Part shown: in pieces, positions 10,295-18,525 of the stretch
Layout of the letters: every line of letters begins with the position of its first letter
How positions within the stretch are numbered: position 1 is the first letter of the stretch
NCBI GenBank assembly: GCA_965215605.1
Contig: OZ244070.1
Coordinates: 3,232,001 to 3,296,000 of the forward strand
DNA from: an uncultured Candidatus Binatia bacterium
GTDB taxonomy: Bacteria; Desulfobacterota; Binatia; UBA9968; JAJDTQ01
Reading direction: 5' to 3'
Length of the DNA: 64,000 bases
Position numbers and translations under genes: made by a program
Notes under the pieces: model-generated
What the model was told of the DNA's origin: nothing
What the model saw: the letters and a program-made list of their open reading frames with translations, nothing else
Database searches by the model: none

Positions 10295-11077
10295 ATGAAT
10301 CGAAGCCGGTTCGTTTTCCGTTGCGTTCTGTTTGCCGGTTGTCTCGATATGGGCGTTGCAGCGCACGGTCCGGGCGCCGAGGAGTGGCGCGGCCTGACGC
10401 TCGCCCCGGAGCACCGCTGTGCTCCGTACCGGTCCAAGGACTATTCCTACCCGCAGGCGGTGGAGCTTCGGATCATCGCTGGAATGGGGGGCAAGGTCTA
10501 CGGCCCGTACACCGGCCGCTACTTCTCCAGCCGCCGCAAGACCGACATCGAGCACATCGTCGCGAGGTCCGAAGCGCACGACAGCGGGCTCTGCCGGGCG
10601 GACTCCGCCACGAAGAGAACCTTTGCCCGCGACCTCCTGAACCTCACTCTCGCGGCGCCGGCGGTGAACCGGTGCGGACGAAAGGGGAAATGCGCTCATG
10701 ACGCCGCCGGGTGGCTGCCGCCGATCAACCGGTGCTGGTTCGCCGGCCGGGTCCTGGACGTCCGGCGCAAATACCGGCTCACCATAGACCGCCGCGAAGC
10801 CGCCGCCCTCGACCGGGTGCTCTCCGGCTGCAACTCCACGGAAATGGTCTTCGCGAACCGGCCGTCCACGCCACACCCTCCGTCCCGGGTGACCCGGCCT
10901 CCTTCCCGGATGAGCCGCCCTCCCTCCCGGGAAGCCCTTCGACGATGGGACGACAACCGCAACGGCCGCATCACCTGCAAGGAAGCGCGCCGCCACGGCA
11001 TCGCCCCGGTCCGCCGCGGCCACCCGGCGTACCCCTTCATGAATGACCGGGACCGCGACGGGACCGTCTGCGAGTAG
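10295..11077 (+). CDS. Secreted HNH endonuclease (DUF1524-like) with C-terminal Excalibur Ca-binding domain
   Basis: AAGGAGG RBS; signal-peptide-like N-terminus; DIEHIVARSEAHDSG...NLTLAAPAVNR; C-terminal CKEARRHGIAPVRRGHPAY...DRDRDGTVCE. Confidence 0.82.
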   Translation: MNRSRFVFRCVLFAGCLDMGVAAHGPGAEEWRGLTLAPEHRCAPYRSKDYSYPQAVELRIIAGMGGKVYGPYTGRYFSSRRKTDIEHIVARSEAHDSGLCRADSATKRTFARDLLNLTLAAPAVNRCGRKGKCAHDAAGWLPPINRCWFAGRVLDVRRKYRLTIDRREAAALDRVLSGCNSTEMVFANRPSTPHPPSRVTRPPSRMSRPPSREALRRWDDNRNGRITCKEARRHGIAPVRRGHPAYPFMNDRDRDGTVCE

Positions 11078-11170
11078 GCGGCAGGCGTCGATTCCAGCCG
11101 ACTCTTGCTGCGCAGCCGGCCGGCCTACGGCTGGATCCACGCCCGGGCGGTTGGCGCAAAAAATACGGTC

Positions 11171-11530
11171 TTACGATGCGTCGCGGCCGTTCACGGAGAC
11201 AATGCGGCACGGACCTCCCCGCGCGTTGCACCGTTCAAGTGCTCTGCCCTTTGCGCGGTCAAGGCTCTCTTGCCCGCCTGACCAAGCCAACTTCCCGTCA
11301 ACTCCAACCGCAAACGCCTTGTGCCCCGCGGTGGCCAGATAACGGAGCCATTGCCATCGGCCCTTCCTCTTCAGGCCTTCGGGAGGGCGCACGAATACGA
11401 CCGCCGCATCGCCCGGATCCCGGTCCCAGCTCGGCGCGCCAATCGCTTTGAGGAAGGCGCTGATGCGTGGACGCCAAAGCTCGCGCCCGCCGACGCGAAT
11501 GAGGCGATGGCCGTCGTCGCCGGCAAGCTG
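11171..11530 (-). pseudogene. 3' fragment of an alpha/beta-hydrolase + DUF4189-like protein
   Basis: DDGHRL...WRPRISAFL then HKAFAVGVDGKLAWSGG...ALERC...PCRIVSVN; no plausible start. Confidence 0.45.
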
Positions 11531-11766
11531 TGCGCCGCCGCGTAGATTACGACGGCCGCCGGGCCCGGCAGCCCGACCGCCAGCGACGGCGAGTCCCCGC
11601 CGCGCCATCAATCCCCGGTCTTCCACATCGCCCGGTCCGAATCCCGGCGCCGTCTCAAGTCCGCCCGGACGTCCTGCCGGCCAGCGTTCGAGGACAGCAG
11701 GAGGCGGGTGAGAGACGCGCCCGGAGAGAGAGGCGCCTCGAACCACCAACCGGGGAGGATCCTGAC

Positions 11767-12300
11767 ATGAGCACATTGACCTATGCCGGCATCGGAGCCC
11801 GCAAGACGCCGCCCTCCGTCCTGACCGCCATGACCGTGATGGCCGGCTGGCTCGCGCGTCAGGGCTGGCATCTGAACAGCGGCGGCGCGGCCGGGGGCGA
11901 CAGTGCGTTTGCCGAAGGCGCGCCGGCCGGCCAACGGACCCTGTACCTGCCCTGGCCCGGCTACAACGGCTGCGCGGGTCCGGACTGCCGGGCGCCGTCG
12001 CCGTCCGAGCTCGAATCCTGCATGGCCATCGCCGCCCGCCTGCATCCCGCCTGGGACCGCTGCTCGCCCGCCGTCCGAAAGCTCCATGCCAGGAACGCAG
12101 CCATCCTCGGAGTCGGTCTCGATCGGCCGGTCGATGCCGTGGTGGCCTGGACGCCGGGGGGAGCGATCACGGGAGGCACCGGAATGGCGATCCGCATGGC
12201 AATGGAGGCCGGCATCCCCGTGCTGAACCTGGGCGCGATGCCGCCGCGTGCGGTCTGCGAGCGCCTCCTGGCCATCCGCCGGCCCCAGTCCTCTCCATAG
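11767..12300 (+). CDS. SLOG-superfamily (DprA/Smf-like, phage-type) protein
   Basis: GGAGG RBS; YAGIGARKTP, LNSGGAAGGDSAF, LHARNA and GGTGMAIRMA motifs. Confidence 0.8.
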   Translation: MSTLTYAGIGARKTPPSVLTAMTVMAGWLARQGWHLNSGGAAGGDSAFAEGAPAGQRTLYLPWPGYNGCAGPDCRAPSPSELESCMAIAARLHPAWDRCSPAVRKLHARNAAILGVGLDRPVDAVVAWTPGGAITGGTGMAIRMAMEAGIPVLNLGAMPPRAVCERLLAIRRPQSSP

Positions 12301-12403
12301 AGCCGGAGAAAGGCGTCCACCGGGGCGAAGGCCCGGTAGGGGAGAGGGAGGCGGTCTCCCTCACGCACTCCGGGCAAGGCAGGCAGCCAAGGAGGACGCA
12401 GAC

Positions 12404-12562
12404 ATGTCTGGCATCGACTTCGACATCGCAGAAGCCCCGACCGGCAGCGACGTGCTGGCCGAGATCGGGCTCGACCCCGGCGCCGTCCAGGACGTCATCG
12501 ACGACGACCTCGCCAGGAGCTGTCCGGACACGTGGAGTGAGAGGAGGGCCTGGGAGGGGTGA
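12404..12562 (+). CDS. Small acidic hypothetical protein (52 aa)
   Basis: AAGGAGG RBS; MSGIDFDIAEAPTGSDVLAEIGLD... Confidence 0.5.
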   Translation: MSGIDFDIAEAPTGSDVLAEIGLDPGAVQDVIDDDLARSCPDTWSERRAWEG

Positions 12563-12646
12563 ACGGAAGGGGGCCGGGGAGGGAGGACTCCGGCCTCTCG
12601 ACGCTCGCAGACCATCGTCACTAACCAGCACAGGAAGGAGAACGTC

Positions 12647-13111
12647 ATGAGCTTCGGACTGAATCGCGTAGAACTGATCGGCCGCCTCGGCGCCGACGTC
12701 ACCGTCAATCACCTGTCCAGCGGAGGCCGCGTCGCCAACCTCAGCATCGCCACCGACGAGTCGTACATCAACAAGACCGGCGAGAAGGTCGACAAGACCG
12801 AATGGCACCGGGTGGTGACCTTCCAGGACGGCCTCGTCAACATGTTCGAGAAGCACGCCCGCAAGGGGCGGCTGGTCTACATCGACGGCAAGCTCCAGAC
12901 CCGGCGCTGGTCCAAGCCCGGCGAGGACAGCGACCGCTACTCCACCGAGATCCTGCTGGTCCCGGGCGGACGGGTGCAGTTCCTCGACAAGCCGAACGGC
13001 AACGGCGCCTCCGCCGCGGCCGACCCGTCGATGGCGGCGGGCGACGCCGCGATGCCCGCCAACGGGACCTCGTCCCAGCCCGCGGACCAGGACGACGACA
13101 TCCCGTTCTAG
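12647..13111 (+). CDS. ssb: Single-stranded DNA-binding protein
   Basis: LNRVELIGRLGAD, TEWHRVV, KGRLVYIDGKLQTRRW and C-terminal DDDIPF. Confidence 0.97.
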   Translation: MSFGLNRVELIGRLGADVTVNHLSSGGRVANLSIATDESYINKTGEKVDKTEWHRVVTFQDGLVNMFEKHARKGRLVYIDGKLQTRRWSKPGEDSDRYSTEILLVPGGRVQFLDKPNGNGASAAADPSMAAGDAAMPANGTSSQPADQDDDIPF

Positions 13112-13136
13112 ACACCTCATCCTTTCCTCCCACCCT

Positions 13137-13170
13137 GGGACCGGCGCCGCGTGCGCCGGTCCCTTTTTTT
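13137..13170 (+). terminator. Intrinsic terminator after ssb
   Basis: GGGACCGGCGC-cgcgt-GCGCCGGTCCC followed by T7. Confidence 0.85.
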
Positions 13171-13275
13171 GCAGCCTGTCCCGAGCAAGCACCCTCCGGG
13201 CGTCGCGCCTCGCTTCGCTCGGCCCGCTCGCCCTCCGGCGCAGCCGGGTGTCCCGTCTTCAAAAGGAGTGCCGCC

Positions 13276-14337
13276 ATGTACAACCATCCCTCGCCGGCAG
13301 CCGCCGTCGCCGCCGCGCTTGGCGCGCGCGCCGAAGACGTCTGCCAGCGCTACCTTCCCCACGGCCGCCGCCAGGGCCGCTACTGGGTCGCGGGCGACCT
13401 GGACGGCGCCCGCGGACGCTCCCTCTTCGTCCGCCTGCACGGCCCCGGCACGCCCGGGAAGTGGACCGATGCGGCCGTGGGCAGCCACGGGGACCTGCTC
13501 GACCTCATTCGCCACCGCACGGGCGCGCCGACGCTCCGCGCGGCGCTCGACGAGGCCCGCGCCTTCCTCGCCCTGCCGGCTTCGCCGGCCGCGGGCGATG
13601 CAGGCGGCTACGACGCCGCCCAGGCAGCGCGCCGCCTGTGGCGCGGATGCCGCGCCGTGGACGGCACCCACGCCGAAGCCTATCTCCGGGCCCGCGGGCT
13701 CGCGCGCTGCCGGTTCCCGGCGCTCCGCTTCCACCCCGAGCTTCGCTACCGCGAAGGCTCCGCCGTCATCCGCCTGCCGGCGCTGGTCGCCGCCGTGACC
13801 GGCGACGACGGCGCCGTCTGCGGCGTGCACCGCACCTGGCTCGATCCCCGCCGCCCCGCCAAGGCGGACGTCGCATCCCCCAGGAAGGCCCTCGGCCGCA
13901 TCTACGGCCTCGCCGTCCGCTTCGGCATGCCCGCCGGCGGCGTCGCTCCGCTCCTCGTCGGCGAAGGCATCGAGACCGTGCTGTCGCTCGTCACCGCGGT
14001 GCCCGAGATCATTGCGGCCGCAGCCCTCTCCGCCGGCAGCCTCGGCGCTTTCTCACCTCCGCCCGCCTGCCGCCGCGTCGTCATCGCCCGCGACAACGAC
14101 TTCGAGGGCGCATGGGCCGCCGAACGCCTCGCCCGGCGCTGCGCGCGGGCGGGCGTCGCGGCCGCGGTCATCGTTCCGGAAGGCGGCGACTTCAACGACG
14201 ACCTCGCTTCGCTCGGCGCCGCCGTCCTCGCCGCAAGGCTCCGCCCGCTCTTCCGCCCGGGAGTCCGGGGAGAGCGGCCCGGAGCGGGCAAAGTCTTGAT
14301 GGAAGGAGAGGGAGTATGGATACCGTCATCAACCTGA
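13276..14337 (+). CDS. TOPRIM-domain primase-like protein (plasmid/ICE type)
   Basis: AAGGAG RBS; YLRARGL, LRFHP, GVHRTWL, VGEGIETVLS, IARDND and DFNDDL motifs. Confidence 0.88.
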   Translation: MYNHPSPAAAVAAALGARAEDVCQRYLPHGRRQGRYWVAGDLDGARGRSLFVRLHGPGTPGKWTDAAVGSHGDLLDLIRHRTGAPTLRAALDEARAFLALPASPAAGDAGGYDAAQAARRLWRGCRAVDGTHAEAYLRARGLARCRFPALRFHPELRYREGSAVIRLPALVAAVTGDDGAVCGVHRTWLDPRRPAKADVASPRKALGRIYGLAVRFGMPAGGVAPLLVGEGIETVLSLVTAVPEIIAAAALSAGSLGAFSPPPACRRVVIARDNDFEGAWAAERLARRCARAGVAAAVIVPEGGDFNDDLASLGAAVLAARLRPLFRPGVRGERPGAGKVLMEGEGVWIPSST

Positions 14338-14675
14338 GGCGCGAACCCGAACTCCACGAGTTGCTCAAACGCGCCCCCACGAACCACAACCTCGGCACCC
14401 GCGTGCAAGACAACGTCGCCCTCATCGATCGCCGCTCCAAGTGGGGCAACCCATTCCGCCTCGGCGCCCATGGAACCCGCGAGGAAATCATCACGCTCTA
14501 CCGTCTCCTTCTCTGGCGGCGCATCCGCATCGGTTCCATTTCCCTCCACGATCTCGCCCAGCTCAACGGCAAGAGCCTCGCCTGCTGGTGCCATCCCTTG
14601 CCCTGCCACGCACAGGTGCTCGCCCGCGCCGCCGCTTGGGCCGCATCCGTCCTGGCCGAAAGGAGGTGTGCATGA
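14316..14675 (+). CDS. DUF4326 domain protein
   Basis: IDRRSKWGNPF and LNGKSLACWCHPLPCHAQVL signatures. Confidence 0.88.
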   Translation: MDTVINLRREPELHELLKRAPTNHNLGTRVQDNVALIDRRSKWGNPFRLGAHGTREEIITLYRLLLWRRIRIGSISLHDLAQLNGKSLACWCHPLPCHAQVLARAAAWAASVLAERRCA

Positions 14676-14902
14676 TGGCCTGCGTCACCTTCAAGCGGCT
14701 CACCCCGCACGAGTCCCGCATCTACGCCGACGGCGACCATGTCGGCGACGTCTACCGCCACGACGACATCCTTGCCCCCGGCCGTGTCTTCTACGTCGTG
14801 CACCTCCATGAAGATCCCCGTGGATCCCGGCGCGTGCACGACCGCAGCAGCATCCGGGACGTCGCCCAGCGCCTCCTCGATTCCCATCCCCTCTGGCCGT
14901 GA
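14672..14902 (+). CDS. Hypothetical protein
   Basis: AAGGAGG RBS; ATGA overlap with the DUF4326 gene. Confidence 0.6.
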   Translation: MMACVTFKRLTPHESRIYADGDHVGDVYRHDDILAPGRVFYVVHLHEDPRGSRRVHDRSSIRDVAQRLLDSHPLWP

Positions 14903-14996
14903 TGGCCGCCGCGGCCTTCTCTCCCGCAGTCAGTTCGCCGTTGGGTCTTCCAAGGAAAGTTTGAGCTTCAAGGGGGACGGCGCCCTATCCAACAAA

Positions 14997-15151
14997 GTCC
15001 TCCCCGACGTGATGTCCCATCTTGTCACACGTGCTCCCTGCGCCAACCCCTGAAGGGGTCCTCCTCTCCGCTTCGCTCCGTTCCGGCCGGGCTACGCCCG
15101 GTGGCTACGCTGCGCGCGCGTGAAAAGAAGGGACATCACTTCGGGGCGGAC
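14997..15151. promoter_or_regulatory. Long imperfect inverted repeat (candidate ssDNA promoter, Frpo/ssi-like)
   Basis: Arm GTCCTCCCCGACGTGATGTCCCATCTTGTCAC pairs with GTGAAAAGAAGGGACATCACTTCGGGGCGGAC; small hairpins in the loop; lies directly upstream of a gene. Confidence 0.6.
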
Positions 15152-15199
15152 GAGCCCCAGTCACGGGCCGCATGGTCCTTAACACGAGAGGAGGTCATC

Positions 15200-16123
15200 A
15201 TGACCAGCATCGACAACATCCCGGATCAGGGTCACTCCATCATGGACATGGCTTGTGAGCATGCTCAGACCTTCGGACTCACTCCCGAACCCGACGAGTT
15301 CGACTCCAGGGACATCTGGGACGAGGACGACGCCATCGACGCCATCCGCGCGGCCTTCGAACTCCTCGCGGACGGCATCGGTCCCGACGGCACTCAGCTC
15401 GCAGACGAGCGCGAAAGCCTGCTCTGGGGCTTCGTCAACATGCTCGACGCCCAGACCCAGCGCCTCGACCGCGCAGCCGACCGCCTCATGCCCGACCTCC
15501 GAGACCTCCAGCGCGAGCAGGACGGCTCCGAGATCAAGTCACGCGAACTCGAACTCATCACCGACCGCGCCCGGAACCTCTCCGCCCGCCGCGACGCCTT
15601 CGAGAAAATGCGCGACGCCGCAGCCCACGACTACCAGCTCCAGACCGGCAACATCTGGCGGCCCCGGAGCGGTTCCCACACCAGCCAGACCGGCAAGCTC
15701 ACCTCCGCTGCCATCAATGCCCGTGACTTCATGCGCGCGCGCAAGGACCGCAAGACCCAGGCCCACCTGCCCGAGGGAACCCTGGTCGCGGTCACCGGAG
15801 GCAAGGACGTGGGCGAGCCCGCCGCGGTCTTCCAGCGCCTCGACAAGGTCCGCGCCAAGTACACCGACATGGTGCTGGTCCACGGCGGCGGCCCCGGCGT
15901 CGAGCGCATCGCGGCGAGTTGGGCCGAGCAACGCGGCGTCCACCAGGTCGTCTGCAAGCCCGACTGGGACCGCCACGGACGGGCCGCTCCCTTCCGCCGC
16001 AACGACGACCTCCTCAACCTCCTGCCCAAGGGCGTGATCGCCTTCCCCGGCAGCGGCATCACCGACAACCTCGTCGACAAGGCAAGGCAGCTCGGCATCC
16101 CGGTCCAGAAGGTGGCTGCCTGA
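15200..16123 (+). CDS. DUF2493 (YspA/SLOG) domain protein
   Basis: GAGGAGG RBS; VAVTGGKD, LVHGGGPGVERIAASWA, AAPFRRND and AFPGSGITDNL motifs. Confidence 0.88.
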   Translation: MTSIDNIPDQGHSIMDMACEHAQTFGLTPEPDEFDSRDIWDEDDAIDAIRAAFELLADGIGPDGTQLADERESLLWGFVNMLDAQTQRLDRAADRLMPDLRDLQREQDGSEIKSRELELITDRARNLSARRDAFEKMRDAAAHDYQLQTGNIWRPRSGSHTSQTGKLTSAAINARDFMRARKDRKTQAHLPEGTLVAVTGGKDVGEPAAVFQRLDKVRAKYTDMVLVHGGGPGVERIAASWAEQRGVHQVVCKPDWDRHGRAAPFRRNDDLLNLLPKGVIAFPGSGITDNLVDKARQLGIPVQKVAA

Positions 16124-16136
16124 GCCGCACACAACA

Positions 16137-16176
16137 GGGGGTCGCGTCGCTTCGGCGGCGCGGCTCCCTTTTTTTG
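16137..16176 (+). terminator. Intrinsic terminator
   Basis: GC-rich hairpin (GGGGGTCGCGTCGC-TTCG-GCGGCGCGGCTCCC) plus T-run after the DUF2493 stop. Confidence 0.7.
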
Positions 16177-16339
16177 TCGGCGCACCCGAACAATACACCA
16201 ACAGCGCTCGCTTCGCGTCGCGCCTCGGGTCGCTGGCGCTCCCTCCGCGCTCCGTCCGCCCACAAAACGGCGTGACCCGTGTTTCATCCAGGCGCGCCAT
16301 GCCTGGCCGCGCATCCGACCCACGACTCGCCGCACCCGT

Positions 16340-17270
16340 GCCGTCCGCCTCCGCGTCGCCGTGCGGGCTTCGCCCGTCGCCGGCTTCCTCTCCCCGCCAT
16401 CCCCGGTGTCCGCACCACTGTGGACACCCCAGTCGACGCCTCCGGCAACGTGCTTCGCACGTATGCCGTCGGCGCCTTCAGCACTGACCGCCACTCGGTC
16501 GCCGCGGCGGTCCGCTGGTTTCCACGTCACCGGCGTTGCCGGTGACGCTACCCTGTCGAGCCGCTGCGCGGTCTCGCGCCTTCGGTCGCTGGCTCCCGGT
16601 GTGCGCACGGCTCGCCGCCTTCGGCGGCATCGCTGCACTCACGCCGTCCGCCTCGCTGCGCTCGCTCCGTCCGGCATTCTCCCAAAGGTTGTGCCGTTCC
16701 CGATTGCCATCGACATGTGCTGCCCTCGGCACGGACCCCCCTCCACGGCCCGTGTCGCCGAGGACCCGCTTCGCGCCTCCCCTGCGCCACTCGGCGACGC
16801 GGGCCTTCCCCCCTCCTCCGGACCGGTCCGTCCTGCCTCCTTCACCTCGCCGGTGCGCGCTGCGGACGCCTCTGCCGGCGCCTTCGGCAACGTGCTTCGC
16901 ACGTGTGCCGTCAGCGCCTTCAGCAGTGACCACCACTCAATCGCCATTGCCGCTGTCGTGACCCTGTCGAACCCGGCTGCGCCAGTTCGCCTATTCAGCA
17001 CGGCATGCCTCGCCGCCTTCGGCAGCATCGCTGCACTCATGCCGTCCGCCTCGCTGTGCTCGTCTTCGGCACACCCCTCCGCATCCGCATCGCCCGTGCC
17101 GGCTCCGCACGTCACCGGCTTCCGCACTCCGCCGTCCTCGCTTTCCTCGCCACTGCGGACGCCACTGCCCGCGCTTCCGGTAGCGTGCTCCGCACGCCTG
17201 CCGGAAGCTCCGTCGACACTGACTTCCACTCAGTCGCCGTGGCGGCTCCCTTCCGCCGGCTTCGCCGGCG
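16340..17270. repeat. Degenerate non-coding direct repeats rich in hairpins
   Basis: ~90-bp core containing CGGCAACGTGCTTCGCACGT..TGCCG at ~16416, ~16858 and (diverged) ~17150; second ~54-bp motif CTCGCCGCCTTCGGC.GCATCGCTGCACTCA.GCCGTCCGCCTCGCTG at 16611 and 17009. Confidence 0.85.
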
Positions 17271-17448
17271 TCGTTCCCCCTTCGCTCATACCTCAGACTT
17301 TCCGTTCCTGACCGCATGGCGCGGGCTCTGATTCTCACACCCCACGCATCCCCGATGCTGGTGGCGCCATTGATGCGAATGCCGTGCCCTTTCAGGTACA
17401 AGTGGCGCCTTTGTCCGCCTGCCTCTTGTTGGACCGAGTGGTTGCTCC

Positions 17449-17565
17449 GTGTAACACGACTACCGTTGCGCCACCGCGCAGCCCTGGCGCCTGCTGTCGC
17501 TACCGTTACACGCTCGCTCCACCGCCGTTACACCGACACAATGCCGCGCTCCACGATCGTTACAC
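17449..17565. promoter_or_regulatory. CGTTACAC repeats (candidate protein-binding sites in putative oriT region)
   Basis: CGTTACAC at 17504, 17526 and 17558; inverted GTGTAAC at 17449; upstream of an RHH/MobC-like gene. Confidence 0.45.
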
Positions 17566-17810
17566 GCTTATCCTCCCCTCCGCTGGCTCACTTCCGCGCC
17601 GGTCCGCCCGAAAATCCTCCCCGTCCCAGCCTCCCCATCGCTTCTCATTAGGATCACTGGCGAACAAAACCGCTTCGAGTTCGCCATGAACTCGCCGATC
17701 TGGTAGCAAAAAAGAGTTGCGAACGCTCGATCCCGGTCCCCCACTACACACCGCGTCCGCACCCCGTACGAGCCCAGAGTCGATCCGCCACCAGGCCCCA
17801 GAGCATTGAC

Positions 17811-18191
17811 ATGACCGCCAACCACCCCGACCCCGAAACCGGCGACGCCCGGGATCAGCAACACCATGCCGCACGCAAGAACCGCGGCGTCCGCTTCTCC
17901 GACTCCGAATGGAAGGAGGTGCGAGAAGCCGCACATACCCATGGCATCACCCCCGCCGAGTTCGTACGGGAGAAAGTCCTCGACCTCGTCCGCAACCCCG
18001 AAAACGCCGCCCCCGTCTCTCTGCCCGCCCATCTCGTGCCCCTGATCGAGCGCACCTTTCGTTACGCTTACATTATTGCAACCAAAATACGCGGCGACAT
18101 GATCGACAATGGAGACCGCGAGCGACTCGAACGCCTGGTCGACGAAGCCCGCAAGCTTCAGAATGCGCTCAAAAACAGCCCGCCCGAATGA
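17811..18191 (+). CDS. Ribbon-helix-helix MobC/NikA-like mobilization accessory protein
   Basis: RKNRGVRFSDSEWKEVREAAHTHGITPAEFVRE matches the RHH beta-alpha-alpha pattern. Confidence 0.7.
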   Translation: MTANHPDPETGDARDQQHHAARKNRGVRFSDSEWKEVREAAHTHGITPAEFVREKVLDLVRNPENAAPVSLPAHLVPLIERTFRYAYIIATKIRGDMIDNGDRERLERLVDEARKLQNALKNSPPE

Positions 18192-18525
18192 ACCTCGCCG
18201 GGACCGGCTGCCGCCACGCAGTACAGCCCGCGACACTTGGATTGGACGTTTATCACGGCAGGCGAATGCTTGCGGGATGGCGAGCGCTGGATTCTGGCTT
18301 TGCAAGACGCTGTGCCGGAAGTCCAGGCGGCGCGGTTGCCGTGCGTTATGGAATGGATTGTCGCCATGTGCGCGTCCGCAATCCCGGGCGAGGAGGAAAC
18401 GCTTCGAGGGCGCCGCTCCGGCGGATTCCTTGACCCATGGCCGCGTGCCATTGCAAAATGTACCATCGGGCTTTGCCCGTCGATGCGACTGGGAAGCAGA
18501 TTTGTCTGAATCCAGAGGAGGCGCG

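Noticed and set aside
16340-17270. Possible CRISPR array
   Set aside because: Units are long, degenerate and irregularly spaced (~440 and ~290 bp), there is no repeat-spacer periodicity, and no cas genes are present.
16361-17311. 316-aa Ala/Ser/Pro-rich ORF (+)
   Set aside because: Low complexity, no RBS, no recognisable domain; better explained as an open frame in GC-rich repeat DNA.
17395-17770. Exact nic site (CAAGTGGCGCCTT MOBQ-like; minus-strand GGTGTGTAGTGG MOBF-like)
   Set aside because: Matches are short and ambiguous, and no relaxase is present to assign a family.
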